Positions 45,191 to 54,378 of a stretch of 64,000 nucleotides of DNA are shown here, in pieces. Position 1 is the stretch's first letter. Each line of letters begins with the position of its first letter. Made by a program: the position numbers and the translations under genes. Source of the DNA: an uncultured virus (IMG/VR IMGVR_UViG_3300021960_000038) (lineage: Duplodnaviria; Heunggongvirae; Uroviricota; Caudoviricetes); IMG/VR virus record IMGVR_UViG_3300021960_000038; one strand, given 5' to 3'. The notes beneath the pieces are model-generated. The model worked only from the letters and a program-made list of their open reading frames with translations, made no database searches and had not been told where the DNA came from.

Positions 45191-45274
45191 TCATCCATTT
45201 ATTAAAATGAATGGCACTGTTAATGCTGCAAAAAGTAAACAGAAAACAAAATCGCGATGTATATTCTTTAACAT
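45191..45274 (-). CDS. Membrane peptide, 27 aa (not in ORF track)
   Basis: AGGA RBS; MLKNIHRDFVFCLLFAALTVPFILING*. Confidence 0.45.
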   Translation of the reverse strand: MLKNIHRDFVFCLLFAALTVPFILING

Positions 45275-45314
45275 GATTTCCTAAATTATAAAAAAGTTGA
45301 ACCAATTTGGACTA

Positions 45315-45322
45315 TATTTATA
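45315..45322 (-). promoter_or_regulatory. T4-type late promoter
   Basis: Exact intergenic TATAAATA. Confidence 0.7.
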
Positions 45323-45347
45323 ATTTATGATTGCCTATAAGAGGCAC

Positions 45348-46004
45348 TTATGAAACTTTTTCATACAAATTATAGTATTGCGTTCGAAGTTTTACAAGAT
45401 CAGTTAGATGACGATCAGGTTCATCAACAAATAGTTGAGTAGAACTATCTTCATCTACAGAAATCAAAGTCACGATGATCTTAGGCATTTCACCTGTCAT
45501 CTCTTTTACACATGCAGCATACGCACTCTCTTGTATAAGATACGATTGTATTCTGCTTTCAGTCTTTGCTTTATTTGAAGTCTTAAAATCGATGATTGCT
45601 AACTCACCTCTAAACAAACCTACACAGTCACATCTACCAGCGATACGATAATGATCGCTGTACATAGCAGACTCAATAGCAAATGGTTCAATCTTATCCA
45701 ACAATGGGATCATAGATTTGAAATTCATTTCTTGTAGGGGATTGTCGAACTCGAACTCTTCATTGCGTAGATACTTTTCACATAGTGTATGAAAAGAAGT
45801 ACCTCTGCGAGATGCTCGACTAGATATCTCAGTTGCTTTCTTTTCACCGACTCTCTTTCGCCATGCTTGTATGTGCTTTTTGGTTAAGAGTCCAGTGACA
45901 GAAGTCACACTAGGATACTTGTTGCCTTCGGGAGTGACATAGTGTCGTTTCCCATCGATAGTTTCAGTCTTGAGATTAAACTCAGACAATTCATCAAATG
46001 TCAT
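45348..46004 (-). CDS. PD-(D/E)XK exonuclease
   Basis: R.Y.TP.G..YPSVT, W.KRVG, RGT.FH, AGR.DC, IIDFKTS, Q..AY. Confidence 0.9.
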   Translation of the reverse strand: MTFDELSEFNLKTETIDGKRHYVTPEGNKYPSVTSVTGLLTKKHIQAWRKRVGEKKATEISSRASRRGTSFHTLCEKYLRNEEFEFDNPLQEMNFKSMIPLLDKIEPFAIESAMYSDHYRIAGRCDCVGLFRGELAIIDFKTSNKAKTESRIQSYLIQESAYAACVKEMTGEMPKIIVTLISVDEDSSTQLFVDEPDRHLTDLVKLRTQYYNLYEKVS

Positions 46005-46021
46005 AATATAATTATACTGTA

Positions 46022-46606
46022 TTAAGTTCGTGCTGTATAGGTGATTTCAGATAATTCTTCGTGTTCTAATTCTTCTAAGAGATGCGTGATATTGTATTTG
46101 CCTTTCTGCGTGTTGAATCTAACACCCACCCATTGTTGATCATAATCTTGTTTAGGAACATTATGTTGTAGATTAGTGGCAAGACTAAAAACATCACCCT
46201 TGTATATATCATAGGTGGTATCGTGTACAAATAATTTCATATCGGTGAGAGCAAGCAATATAGGATCTACAGGTTCAAAAACTGTATCTCTATGCAAGGG
46301 CACAGAGTGATCAGTACCACAGAATCCTGCTTGAGGAACAACAATTGTTTCTTCCCCATAAGGAAACCATGTACCAGTGTATTTTAAAAAGTTTTGAGTG
46401 TAATCTATATAGATCTTACGAAACCACTCTTCACCCATAAGTTTTTCTCTGGGTCTATATAATCCAGTGGTGACGATTTGATTGATGCGTGTGTGAGAAG
46501 TTGCTCCATCTTCGTTGTCATAATTAAGAACACCATCCCAATATAGATAAGATTCTTCTGGGACCTCACCTATGTTTCGCCATTTTACAAACTTAGGATA
46601 TCCCAC
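46022..46606 (-). CDS. Cupin/2OG-Fe(II)-like protein (paralog B)
   Basis: PQAG...HRD...DPILLALTDM...KGD..S..TN..H. Confidence 0.65.
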   Translation of the reverse strand: MGYPKFVKWRNIGEVPEESYLYWDGVLNYDNEDGATSHTRINQIVTTGLYRPREKLMGEEWFRKIYIDYTQNFLKYTGTWFPYGEETIVVPQAGFCGTDHSVPLHRDTVFEPVDPILLALTDMKLFVHDTTYDIYKGDVFSLATNLQHNVPKQDYDQQWVGVRFNTQKGKYNITHLLEELEHEELSEITYTART

Positions 46607-47207
46607 GTCTTTTTAATCCACCCTTTATTTCTTTAAGATCCAGATAGTCTATGTATTCATACTCAAACATATCCGCAAGATGTTCGATGCTACATCTTGC
46701 TATATCTATACCACATCTAACTGCTACCCATATTTGATCATGAGGAGCAGGATCCATTGAGTGTGGAATGTTGGTCGGTATAGATACGATGTCTCCCTTT
46801 GCTACTTCATATCTCTTTTTGTTTACTGTTAAACTCATATCTGTGAATGCTAATATGAGTGGATCTTTTGGCATCATCCAATTATCTGTGTGCTCGGTGA
46901 CACTAGAACCAGCATACATATAACCTGCTTGGGGCATGAGTTCTTCAAAGATACTTAAATCAACTTCAGGAAACATATGTTTAAGTAGCACTCTTGGCAA
47001 CAACTTATAAATTCTTTCCATATGCTCGCTTCCACTTAGATCTTGTGGAATTTCTTTGACTGTAGTTCCTTCTGTTGCGAATTTGTTTTTACTTTTGACC
47101 CAGAATGGATCATCAGGTGAAGACTTGTATCTAAAGATATCTTTCCACAATATCCTTGCGTCTTCGGGAATATCTATGTTTTTAAACTTTACGAAACTTG
47201 GATACAT
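46593..47207 (-). CDS. Cupin/2OG-Fe(II)-like protein (paralog A)
   Basis: PQAG...HTD...DPLILAFTDM...KGD..S..TN..H. Confidence 0.65.
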   Translation of the reverse strand: MYPSFVKFKNIDIPEDARILWKDIFRYKSSPDDPFWVKSKNKFATEGTTVKEIPQDLSGSEHMERIYKLLPRVLLKHMFPEVDLSIFEELMPQAGYMYAGSSVTEHTDNWMMPKDPLILAFTDMSLTVNKKRYEVAKGDIVSIPTNIPHSMDPAPHDQIWVAVRCGIDIARCSIEHLADMFEYEYIDYLDLKEIKGGLKRRGIS

Positions 47208-47355
47208 TTATGTTCTCTATATCTGGCAACTTATCTGGATTTAGTTCGTCTAAGATATCTTGTTTCTCTTGTTCTTTAGAACCAAAGATTCTTTCCCACT
47301 CATCCTGATATTTTGTGCCTACTTCTGGTCTTCGTCTACTTCCTTTTCCTGCCAT
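47182..47355 (-). CDS. Small conserved hypothetical protein
   Basis: MAGKGSRRRP...Y...WERIFG. Confidence 0.6.
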   Translation of the reverse strand: MAGKGSRRRPEVGTKYQDEWERIFGSKEQEKQDILDELNPDKLPDIENINVSKFRKV

Positions 47356-47606
47356 TTTATTTCTTCCCAATGCTCAACTGTACTCACTCTAAATGAACGA
47401 TAAGCATCTTTATCTAAACACCATACCACTAAATGATCAGACAGCACGTCTTGATTGAAACTTTCTGGTAGATTACTATGCCCTGCGATATCTCTGTTAA
47501 GTGTACTCGCCATGATACGCAATTCACCTGTATCTATCTTTCGAAAGTGAATGTTGCATGCACCCTCTTTGAGTGCGGAATACATTTGTACGACATTGAT
47601 GCTCAT
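47319..47606 (-). CDS. SH3-like (WYL_2/DUF2693-type) protein
   Basis: F.K..GE.R.M..TL...VVW.LDK.A.RSFR. Confidence 0.7.
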   Translation of the reverse strand: MSINVVQMYSALKEGACNIHFRKIDTGELRIMASTLNRDIAGHSNLPESFNQDVLSDHLVVWCLDKDAYRSFRVSTVEHWEEIKWQEKEVDEDQK

Positions 47607-47833
47607 TTTTTATTCCTTATGAATACCAATTCTTGTTCCCAGTTCTTTTTATTCTGTTCTGATTCGCCCGATCCCTTCTGAGCCAATATAACTCGACCCC
47701 CATCCATGTCAACCCTAATAGAATCAGTGGTGACCACCTCACCATGTCTTCCAATAAATACACCTGTCAATTCTCCTTTTGTATCTTCGGGATGAAGATT
47801 TGTTATCAATTCTATAAGTTCTTCTTTTGTCAC
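47603..47833 (-). CDS. Hypothetical protein
   Basis: GTGA/ATGA overlaps on both sides. Confidence 0.6.
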   Translation of the reverse strand: MTKEELIELITNLHPEDTKGELTGVFIGRHGEVVTTDSIRVDMDGGRVILAQKGSGESEQNKKNWEQELVFIRNKK

Positions 47834-48141
47834 TTCTTCTTTGCTTGTTTCACTACATGCTTGGCGACAGTGTCAATAGTTTTCTTTTGCTTAATAGTTC
47901 TATTGTCACCATACCTGCGAGCAACTTCAGATCCAGGATGTGCTTCTCCGATCTTACTCATGACTTCTTTGAACCCAGAACTAGTCTTTGCTCTATCACC
48001 ATGACCACCTACTATAGCAGGTGCACCAATTTGTTGTTTTAGAGTTGGGTTGTTTTCTTTGAACTCGTCTAACTTAGTGTAAGACATAAAGTGATCTTCG
48101 AGATCACCTGTTTCAGTATTTAAAAATGTATATGTTGGCAT
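47830..48141 (-). CDS. FmdB-like regulatory protein
   Basis: MPTYTF.N.ETG...M...L..F...NP...GFKEV.SKI..AHP. Confidence 0.75.
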   Translation of the reverse strand: MPTYTFLNTETGDLEDHFMSYTKLDEFKENNPTLKQQIGAPAIVGGHGDRAKTSSGFKEVMSKIGEAHPGSEVARRYGDNRTIKQKKTIDTVAKHVVKQAKKK

Positions 48142-48144
48142 TCT

Positions 48145-48483
48145 TCACCTTGCGTTTCTCATGCTTTCTGCAATCTGTAATAATATAGAGTCTACATCTT
48201 TAGCACTACCTGCACTTGCAACTAGTTCTTCTATGAGATCTACGACATCGTCACCGATATCAACAGGCACATCTCTGCCTGTTCCTAATGCGTTGATCAA
48301 TCTATCTGCCAATTCATCAGGTATTGTAAATTCGTTAGACATTTCTCCAACGACATGCTCTTCTGGTCTACGAAATCTTACGATGTGAGAAGCAAATTCA
48401 TATGATTCTGCATCCACATAATCCGTATACCATGCGTCAGTTTCATCGCAATACCATTCTGTTGTAAATCTTGTTTTTGCCAT
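48145..48483 (-). CDS. Hypothetical acidic protein
   Basis: Clean ORF in the operon. Confidence 0.6.
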   Translation of the reverse strand: MAKTRFTTEWYCDETDAWYTDYVDAESYEFASHIVRFRRPEEHVVGEMSNEFTIPDELADRLINALGTGRDVPVDIGDDVVDLIEELVASAGSAKDVDSILLQIAESMRNAR

Positions 48484-48491
48484 ACCAATAT

Positions 48492-49034
48492 TTAGGTTGA
48501 CATAAATGCTGGGATAGGTCTATTAGTCCATTTTGCGAAACTTTTTTTGTAATTTCGATAATAATTCTGATAAGCAATGATAGAACATTCTTCTTTCACA
48601 TCATCTGGCATTGCTTGTGGTGGTTGAAAGAACTTACGATTAATGGGTATGTTCTTCGGTGGCATAGCAAGTAGTTCTCTGAGTTTTTCATCAGTCATAT
48701 GTACTTTACCATATCTGTAGGTGTATTCGTCACAGAGTGCACAGAACAACTTGTACACATAGTTGTAGTTGTAAGCAGATTCTCTAGTCCATTTGGCACT
48801 CGGATGGTTAATATGAGATGCTTTGTAAAGTGTATTCTCATAGTTAGAGTTCTCATGTAACCATCTGCGTATGTTTCTACCATTCGCAGTTTTGTCCATG
48901 TACTCTGTACCATCCAATATACGATGAGCAGTACTCATAAGTTGAGCATACTCTATGATCATTTTAACTACATGCTTGTCACAATGTAATTCCGCAGCAA
49001 CCTTTGGTGCTTTATCTAAGTAAAAGATGTTCAT
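48492..49034 (-). CDS. Pyrimidine-dimer DNA glycosylase-like protein
   Basis: MNIFYLD...HCDKHVVKMIIEYAQLMSTAHR...H.NHPS..W...EY..RYGK.H...PQAMP. Confidence 0.8.
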   Translation of the reverse strand: MNIFYLDKAPKVAAELHCDKHVVKMIIEYAQLMSTAHRILDGTEYMDKTANGRNIRRWLHENSNYENTLYKASHINHPSAKWTRESAYNYNYVYKLFCALCDEYTYRYGKVHMTDEKLRELLAMPPKNIPINRKFFQPPQAMPDDVKEECSIIAYQNYYRNYKKSFAKWTNRPIPAFMST

Positions 49035-49591
49035 TCAAACCTCCCGATCCATTCTAAATAAAACTCATCTAATTCAGTAGTTGGTATAAACTGTTTATGA
49101 TCTATAGTTTTCCATATGGGTATGTCTTGTGCTGTTTGCTTAACAGCATCTTCTGCGTATAGTTTACCAATAGATAATGGTAATCCTTCTGGCACCCAAA
49201 ACTCTGACGATAAACTAGTTTCATACTCATCAACTTCTGTAAGTTTATTAAAAGCAGTAACCAAATGCACACCATCAACTGATACATCGATACGATTATT
49301 GAAAGGGTCAAAGTTTCTAGTCTTGATAAGTGATTTCTTTCCTGGAGGTAGAGTATTCACATCTCCTTCTTTGTCATTACGATTATCACCTAAGTACAAT
49401 TCTATGTAAGCAGTATGAGGATATAACTCATGCCCTGCTTCATAACCAAAGTCTACAAGTTCTACAGTTTGCCATCCATGAACTGAAGTGAAATGAGGAA
49501 TGTCAAAAGCATTCCGTGTAATGTTAATATAGTTTGTAGGGATATCCATCTCTACAACATCGTAAAATACTAAATCGTTCTCTGGTACCAT
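49031..49591 (-). CDS. Rieske-oxygenase catalytic-domain-like protein, no Rieske domain
   Basis: NAFDIPHFTSVH (DxxHxxxxH) and QDIPIW. Confidence 0.65.
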   Translation of the reverse strand: MVPENDLVFYDVVEMDIPTNYINITRNAFDIPHFTSVHGWQTVELVDFGYEAGHELYPHTAYIELYLGDNRNDKEGDVNTLPPGKKSLIKTRNFDPFNNRIDVSVDGVHLVTAFNKLTEVDEYETSLSSEFWVPEGLPLSIGKLYAEDAVKQTAQDIPIWKTIDHKQFIPTTELDEFYLEWIGRFE

Positions 49592-50115
49592 TTTATATAC
49601 TCATCCATAATGGGATCAATGCCTTCTTCGGGAAGATGTGTAGTCACTTGATCCAATATGACTTCATCTTCATGTGTTATAGGTTGCTTAGACTTAAACA
49701 CTGACTCCATAAAAGGTCGTGTAAATCGTGTAGATTCTTTGTTATATAGGAAGATTTCGGTGTGTTTACACTTATTTTCTTCTAAATCTTCGTTGATTTC
49801 TATTGTCGTATACATATGGTCACCTGAAGTGGTAAATACATCAACTATCAACTCATTGGGTACAAACGATCTTACTTTCATTCTAAATTTATGAGTGCTT
49901 CTGGGCATAGTAGCATCTACACATAAAAAAGCATAGGTACTAAAGTCGCTGTGTATAACTTTTACATCTGTAAATTTATGTAGATGTATTAGATGGGGTA
50001 CATCAAAAGCATTCATGGTCATCGTGTGAGCAGATGCTGGCATCGTAAGATAGTGTGTACGATACTCAGTCATTCTGTCAAATGTTTTTTGTGCTTGAGG
50101 GGATAGGTTAACCAT
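49570..50115 (-). CDS. Rieske-oxygenase catalytic-domain-like protein (paralog)
   Basis: NAFDVPHLIHLH and EDEVIL. Confidence 0.6.
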   Translation of the reverse strand: MVNLSPQAQKTFDRMTEYRTHYLTMPASAHTMTMNAFDVPHLIHLHKFTDVKVIHSDFSTYAFLCVDATMPRSTHKFRMKVRSFVPNELIVDVFTTSGDHMYTTIEINEDLEENKCKHTEIFLYNKESTRFTRPFMESVFKSKQPITHEDEVILDQVTTHLPEEGIDPIMDEYIKWYQRTI

Positions 50116-50350
50116 TGTAATCTAGATACTGTAATATGACTTTTCTCTCTTCTTTCGAGAAGTCTTTAGTTAAACTCTTTGGTCCATAGGTTGTACCAAA
50201 TCTAGTAAGTTTATCACCAGCAGTCACAGCAGCATTCCATTCTTCATCGTTGTATTCTATTGTCATTTCTTCAGCAGACTTGACTAGTTTTCTTCCTAAG
50301 TCTGCCATGTACTTTTCTGCTTCAGACATACCAAAGTAATGTATATTCAT
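50108..50350 (-). CDS. Hypothetical protein
   Basis: AAGGAG RBS. Confidence 0.6.
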   Translation of the reverse strand: MNIHYFGMSEAEKYMADLGRKLVKSAEEMTIEYNDEEWNAAVTAGDKLTRFGTTYGPKSLTKDFSKEERKVILQYLDYNG

Positions 50351-50514
50351 TTTTTCTCCTTGAGAGTTTCATAGTATAGTTTTTGTAATTGGTTTACATT
50401 GGTTTTGAGAACAGCATTTTCTGATGTTAATGTTTTGTTCTCTTTCTTGAGTGCGATAATCTGCCTTCTTAACTGTTCTTCTAATGTATCGTTCAAACTA
50501 CCCCAATCTTTCAT
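50347..50514 (-). CDS. Small coiled-coil protein, 55 aa (not in ORF track)
   Basis: MKDWGSLNDTLEEQLRRQIIALKKENKTLTSENAVLKTNVNQLQKLYYETLKEKK*. Confidence 0.55.
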   Translation of the reverse strand: MKDWGSLNDTLEEQLRRQIIALKKENKTLTSENAVLKTNVNQLQKLYYETLKEKK

Positions 50515-50521
50515 AGTTATA

Positions 50522-51136
50522 TTATAGGTTTTTTGTTGAGTGCTTTAAAGTGTATTTTGCTATTTCTTTTGCTTTAATTTTCGCAATTTCGTCTTGAAGT
50601 CCCCAAACTCCTGGGTCGAGGACAAGAATTTTTCCACCTGCTTCTTCGTTGAGGGACCTGCAGATTTCCACTTGCGATAACTTATATATCCGATAACTAG
50701 CAGAGACACGATTGTCTTTATGATCCAGATTGGCAGCAATACTAGAGATGTGAACAATGGGTGTACCTCTCTTTACATACTCGCGATAGATTGCCATATA
50801 TGCTGTAACATTTGCTGTAAATCTTTCGTTTAGTTTCCATAAGTTTTGTTCCATGATTGGTGCACCATTCATGCCAGTCATCATATAATCTGATTCTTCT
50901 CGTTCTTTATCCCATTGATGAGCAACTCCTATTACTACATCAACTTCAGGTGCATCGTCTACAAAGTTTTGGACTTGCATTAGATTGTTTAGATTCAACT
51001 GAATGTATTTATCTATACTTTGTTTTTGCGTCTTTTGCCAACTTCTAGTTGTTCGGAGTACTTCATGTTGGGGGGATAACTCTTCATAGAGTGCTTTACC
51101 CAATCCTGTTCTACCACCTATAATTAAAACTCTCAT
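50522..51136 (-). CDS. SDR-family oxidoreductase
   Basis: VLIIGGRTGLG; IVHISS; YRIYK (YxxxK); LDPG. Confidence 0.8.
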   Translation of the reverse strand: MRVLIIGGRTGLGKALYEELSPQHEVLRTTRSWQKTQKQSIDKYIQLNLNNLMQVQNFVDDAPEVDVVIGVAHQWDKEREESDYMMTGMNGAPIMEQNLWKLNERFTANVTAYMAIYREYVKRGTPIVHISSIAANLDHKDNRVSASYRIYKLSQVEICRSLNEEAGGKILVLDPGVWGLQDEIAKIKAKEIAKYTLKHSTKNL

Positions 51137-51684
51137 TCGTAATTACCCAATCCCATTCTCATGGTATAGTTTTCATAATTCCAAGTGTTAATTGCTAATG
51201 AATATCTGGTACCTCTAGTCACTGGTAGAATTTCATGATCTATTTGACCTGATGGAAACCAAACAAGTCTATTCTTTTTAGGTTCTACTTCTATCTTCTC
51301 GCCATCTTCTAAATGTAAGACTAAGTTTCCACCCTCTACATCATTCTCAACAGGGTAGTACACACAACCATAGTTCGGATAGAGTGTTTCAACTTTATCC
51401 CTTATATATGTTTGCTCATCTGTATCTCTATGGGGTGGTAATTTCTTTTTGTGCACTCCTATTCCTTCGGCATATATTTTGTGCGTCCAATATTCATATG
51501 CTACTGTGTCATGCTTTTGTGGACAACGAGACCATATGTAATTGATAATTCGTTTTTTAAGAGTGTTGGCAGGTGTGCCTTTGTAGTAATAGTAGAAACC
51601 TTTTCTATTCCAGAATGAGGAATCCCATTCTATGTCAGAAAGTATGCGTGTATCTTTTATGAAATTGTCAATCACTTCGATCAT
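51133..51684 (-). CDS. 2OG-Fe(II) oxygenase, prolyl-hydroxylase-like
   Basis: PHRD; EGGNL; PKKNRLV.F; HEILPV..G.RYS. Confidence 0.88.
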   Translation of the reverse strand: MIEVIDNFIKDTRILSDIEWDSSFWNRKGFYYYYKGTPANTLKKRIINYIWSRCPQKHDTVAYEYWTHKIYAEGIGVHKKKLPPHRDTDEQTYIRDKVETLYPNYGCVYYPVENDVEGGNLVLHLEDGEKIEVEPKKNRLVWFPSGQIDHEILPVTRGTRYSLAINTWNYENYTMRMGLGNYE

Positions 51685-51698
51685 AATGTAACTAAGAT

Positions 51699-52184
51699 TT
51701 ACCAGCCAGATGCTGGTACTGTATATCTATCGTGTGATGATGGCAAAGTTGCGTAGAACTTAGTATCATCAGAATCATCTTTTGCATCTTGTACTTCGCA
51801 AACATAGTCGAAGTATTCATTTATGTGTGTGGTTCCAGCATCATCATCTGAACTGTAAAAAATATCACCATCATAATTAGATCTGATAAATTTGTGTTGA
51901 GTGTTTAATCCATTAGCAGTATCTAAATGATCTTTCGCAAATTGTAACCACTGTGCACTATCTCTCCATACTATTTTAAGATCTACATTAATTGCAGTTT
52001 TTGTAACTTCACAGGATTCTATTCCACCTGCAGTTGCGATATCATTAAACTCTTGTGCACCTGAAAAAATAGGTAGTACATCAACAACATATTGTTTGTT
52101 TGCACAATCCATTACATTTTCGGTTAAATGCTCATAGTAACTATCTACATTAGATGTAAAATATCTGGTGATTACTGTTATCAT
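51699..52184 (-). CDS. Hypothetical protein (paralog of 52194-52751)
   Basis: VDSYY...ENV.D...G.IES..V.KT...L.I.W.DSA.WL.F; ends PASGW. Confidence 0.65.
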   Translation of the reverse strand: MITVITRYFTSNVDSYYEHLTENVMDCANKQYVVDVLPIFSGAQEFNDIATAGGIESCEVTKTAINVDLKIVWRDSAQWLQFAKDHLDTANGLNTQHKFIRSNYDGDIFYSSDDDAGTTHINEYFDYVCEVQDAKDDSDDTKFYATLPSSHDRYTVPASGW

Positions 52185-52193
52185 AATTATACC

Positions 52194-52751
52194 TTATGCA
52201 AAATCTTCCCATGCCCATCCACCAGATGGGATACTGAAGTTTGCATGTTTGTCATCATACAAAACAGCAGCAGTGTGAGCAAATGCTGCAGATTTACCAT
52301 CATCTAAAAACTTTTGTTTTTGTGCACCAACCCAATCGCTGAATAGGTTGTAATGTGATAATGCTGGTTCGGTATCTTGATGATCGTAATCTATGACCAT
52401 AGCATTAGCAACTCTTTGTTGTAAATATGTATGTAGAATACTTGTGGATGTACCATCTGTAAGTTTAGCAAACCATTGATCTTCACCTTTCATAAATTCT
52501 AACCATGATGCTGAACTGTACCATTTAATTGTAAGCAATACTTTAGTGTCAGATTCTGTTTTTTCTATGGTAACACTTTCAATATCACCTGCATCAACAT
52601 AAGCATTGAATTCATCTTTCTGATTGAAAGTTGCTGTTGATCTGTATTTCTTAGTGCTAAGATCAAACACATTGTTGATCATTGTGTTATAAAATGCATC
52701 CACATCACTAGGTGTGTATGTAAATGTTGTTATCATTTCTACTGTTCTCAT
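52194..52751 (-). CDS. Hypothetical protein (paralog of 51699-52184)
   Basis: VDAFY...NNV.D...G.IES..I.KT...L.I.W.SSA.WL.F; PSGGW near the end. Confidence 0.65.
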   Translation of the reverse strand: MRTVEMITTFTYTPSDVDAFYNTMINNVFDLSTKKYRSTATFNQKDEFNAYVDAGDIESVTIEKTESDTKVLLTIKWYSSASWLEFMKGEDQWFAKLTDGTSTSILHTYLQQRVANAMVIDYDHQDTEPALSHYNLFSDWVGAQKQKFLDDGKSAAFAHTAAVLYDDKHANFSIPSGGWAWEDFA

Positions 52752-52924
52752 TAGATTTCCTCTATCTTTATATTTATAAATTTCTCTAAGTCTCTCTTAC
52801 TTATAATCTTGTTATCTGCCAATTCAGTTACCATTGCTGTTGCACCTATTCTTAAACCTTTGTTGTAACTAAAAATAGCACAGCATACTATAGAAATCAA
52901 ATATACAATCTGTTCTGGTGTCAT
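52751..52924 (-). CDS. Small membrane-anchored protein, 57 aa (not in ORF track)
   Basis: AGGAG RBS; MTPEQIVYLISIVCCAIFSYNKGLRIGA...; TAATG coupling. Confidence 0.6.
   Translation of the reverse strand: MTPEQIVYLISIVCCAIFSYNKGLRIGATAMVTELADNKIISKRDLEKFINIKIEEI
52771..52778 (-). promoter_or_regulatory. T4-type late promoter
   Basis: Exact TATAAATA 20 nt upstream of the ATG at 52751. Confidence 0.65.
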
Positions 52925-52925
52925 G

Positions 52926-53360
52926 TTAACTCCTAGTGAGTTTTTTAATGTTTTCGATTTGTTGCGTGATTATTGGTTTTCTTGATGGCCAATAAATATA
53001 TTCCTTCTCCTCATTCTTCATAAGGTTATAGAGTAAAGGCAATATCATCTTCTCCAATTCAATCAACTTATCCTTATATAATACTACTTGTTGGTCAGTG
53101 CTCGCTAGTGAGTTTTCCTTGGCATTATCTAATTCAGTTAATGCTTGGGAAAGCAATCTACCCATGTTATCAATCTTAGAATCTAATTCAGCGAGTTGTG
53201 ATGAACTTGCTGCAGATGCTCCAGAACTTGCTACTTCTTCTAATCGTTTCGCTAGTTCTTCATTAATACCTGCGGACTCACCAGTGGCTGTGACTAATTC
53301 GTCACTGTCGACTGCGGTAAATCCAAAGTCATTTTGTATATCGTAGTATTCGTCGCTCAT
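52926..53360 (-). CDS. Conserved T4-like-phage hypothetical protein
   Basis: DFGFTAVD.DEL...ILPLL.NL.KN..KEYIYWP.R; start taken at MSDEY. Confidence 0.75.
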   Translation of the reverse strand: MSDEYYDIQNDFGFTAVDSDELVTATGESAGINEELAKRLEEVASSGASAASSSQLAELDSKIDNMGRLLSQALTELDNAKENSLASTDQQVVLYKDKLIELEKMILPLLYNLMKNEEKEYIYWPSRKPIITQQIENIKKLTRS

Positions 53361-53361
53361 A

Positions 53362-54378
53362 TTACTTTTGAGGAATCGCACCAAATGCTTTTCTTATTTC
53401 AACTAAGTTAGCAATTCCAGTTTCCATCTTGCCATAGTATTTAGTCGCATCTATATCGCAATACTCGAAAATTTTTGCCATTACTCGCATAGGATTCTGT
53501 ATTAACTCGTCATATGTGACATGTATATGATCTGATCCCTCTATATCAAAGTATCTCGATCTGGCAAATCTATTGATGTTATAAGCATCTAAAAGACATT
53601 CTTTTTCGCTGATGTTAGTATAAGATCCTCTGTAGTTATACAAAGCATTTTGTAAGGAGTTTAATTGTGCATCTTCATCTCGAGTAATCCATATGATCTT
53701 GCTGTTTGGGAATACTTCTTTGTATGACTTTACAGACTTTGCTGTTAGGAGTGGGGTTTTACAGAGAAAGTACTCTGTTTGTTTATGTCTCCATAGCAAA
53801 TTATAAAATGATCTTTGCCATATGAGAGCATCATTGTCTTTTTTGTATCTTTCATTGCAGTATTCAGTAAACGATCTACATCGAAATGCAAAGTGAATAC
53901 TGTCCGCCAACATGGGTGGAAATAGTGCTTGCGGATCTTCTTCATAATCTTCTGCCTCTACTGTATGCGTACCACCAAATGATTTAAACTGAAATAGATC
54001 TGTAATCTTTTTACAGTCATCTATCTTCTTTTGTCGGTTTAAATCAGTTGTAATGGGTAATGGAGATTGGAACTCAAAGAACTGAGGTCCATGAAATATA
54101 CCAGAAGTTGCTAGACACCTATGTAAATAGGTTGACCCACTTCTTGGCATAGACATGATTTGAATAATGGGTAAATCAAAGTCTAGATCTTCGTGCTTTT
54201 CAAATTCTGCTTTGAGACCAAAGTATTGCTTCAGTCTATGAGGAATAAGATTGTTTTCTAGAACTTGTCGACCAAAGTCATTGAAGTTGCCATAATGCTT
54301 ATTCAATCCATCTACAAAGGCATACCATTGCTCAGGAATATCTCTGGTTTCGTAATTATAGTTCGACAGGTTGAACAT
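53362..54378 (-). CDS. Sulfotransferase
   Basis: MPRSGSTYLH PAPS loop; KTP; FPNSKII...RD...S; YDELI.NP. Confidence 0.88.
   Translation of the reverse strand: MFNLSNYNYETRDIPEQWYAFVDGLNKHYGNFNDFGRQVLENNLIPHRLKQYFGLKAEFEKHEDLDFDLPIIQIMSMPRSGSTYLHRCLATSGIFHGPQFFEFQSPLPITTDLNRQKKIDDCKKITDLFQFKSFGGTHTVEAEDYEEDPQALFPPMLADSIHFAFRCRSFTEYCNERYKKDNDALIWQRSFYNLLWRHKQTEYFLCKTPLLTAKSVKSYKEVFPNSKIIWITRDEDAQLNSLQNALYNYRGSYTNISEKECLLDAYNINRFARSRYFDIEGSDHIHVTYDELIQNPMRVMAKIFEYCDIDATKYYGKMETGIANLVEIRKAFGAIPQK

Noticed and set aside
45348..46004. Cas4 / CRISPR-associated locus
   Set aside because: It is a common T4-like-phage PD-(D/E)XK exonuclease without the four-Cys cluster pattern; no array or other cas genes are present.
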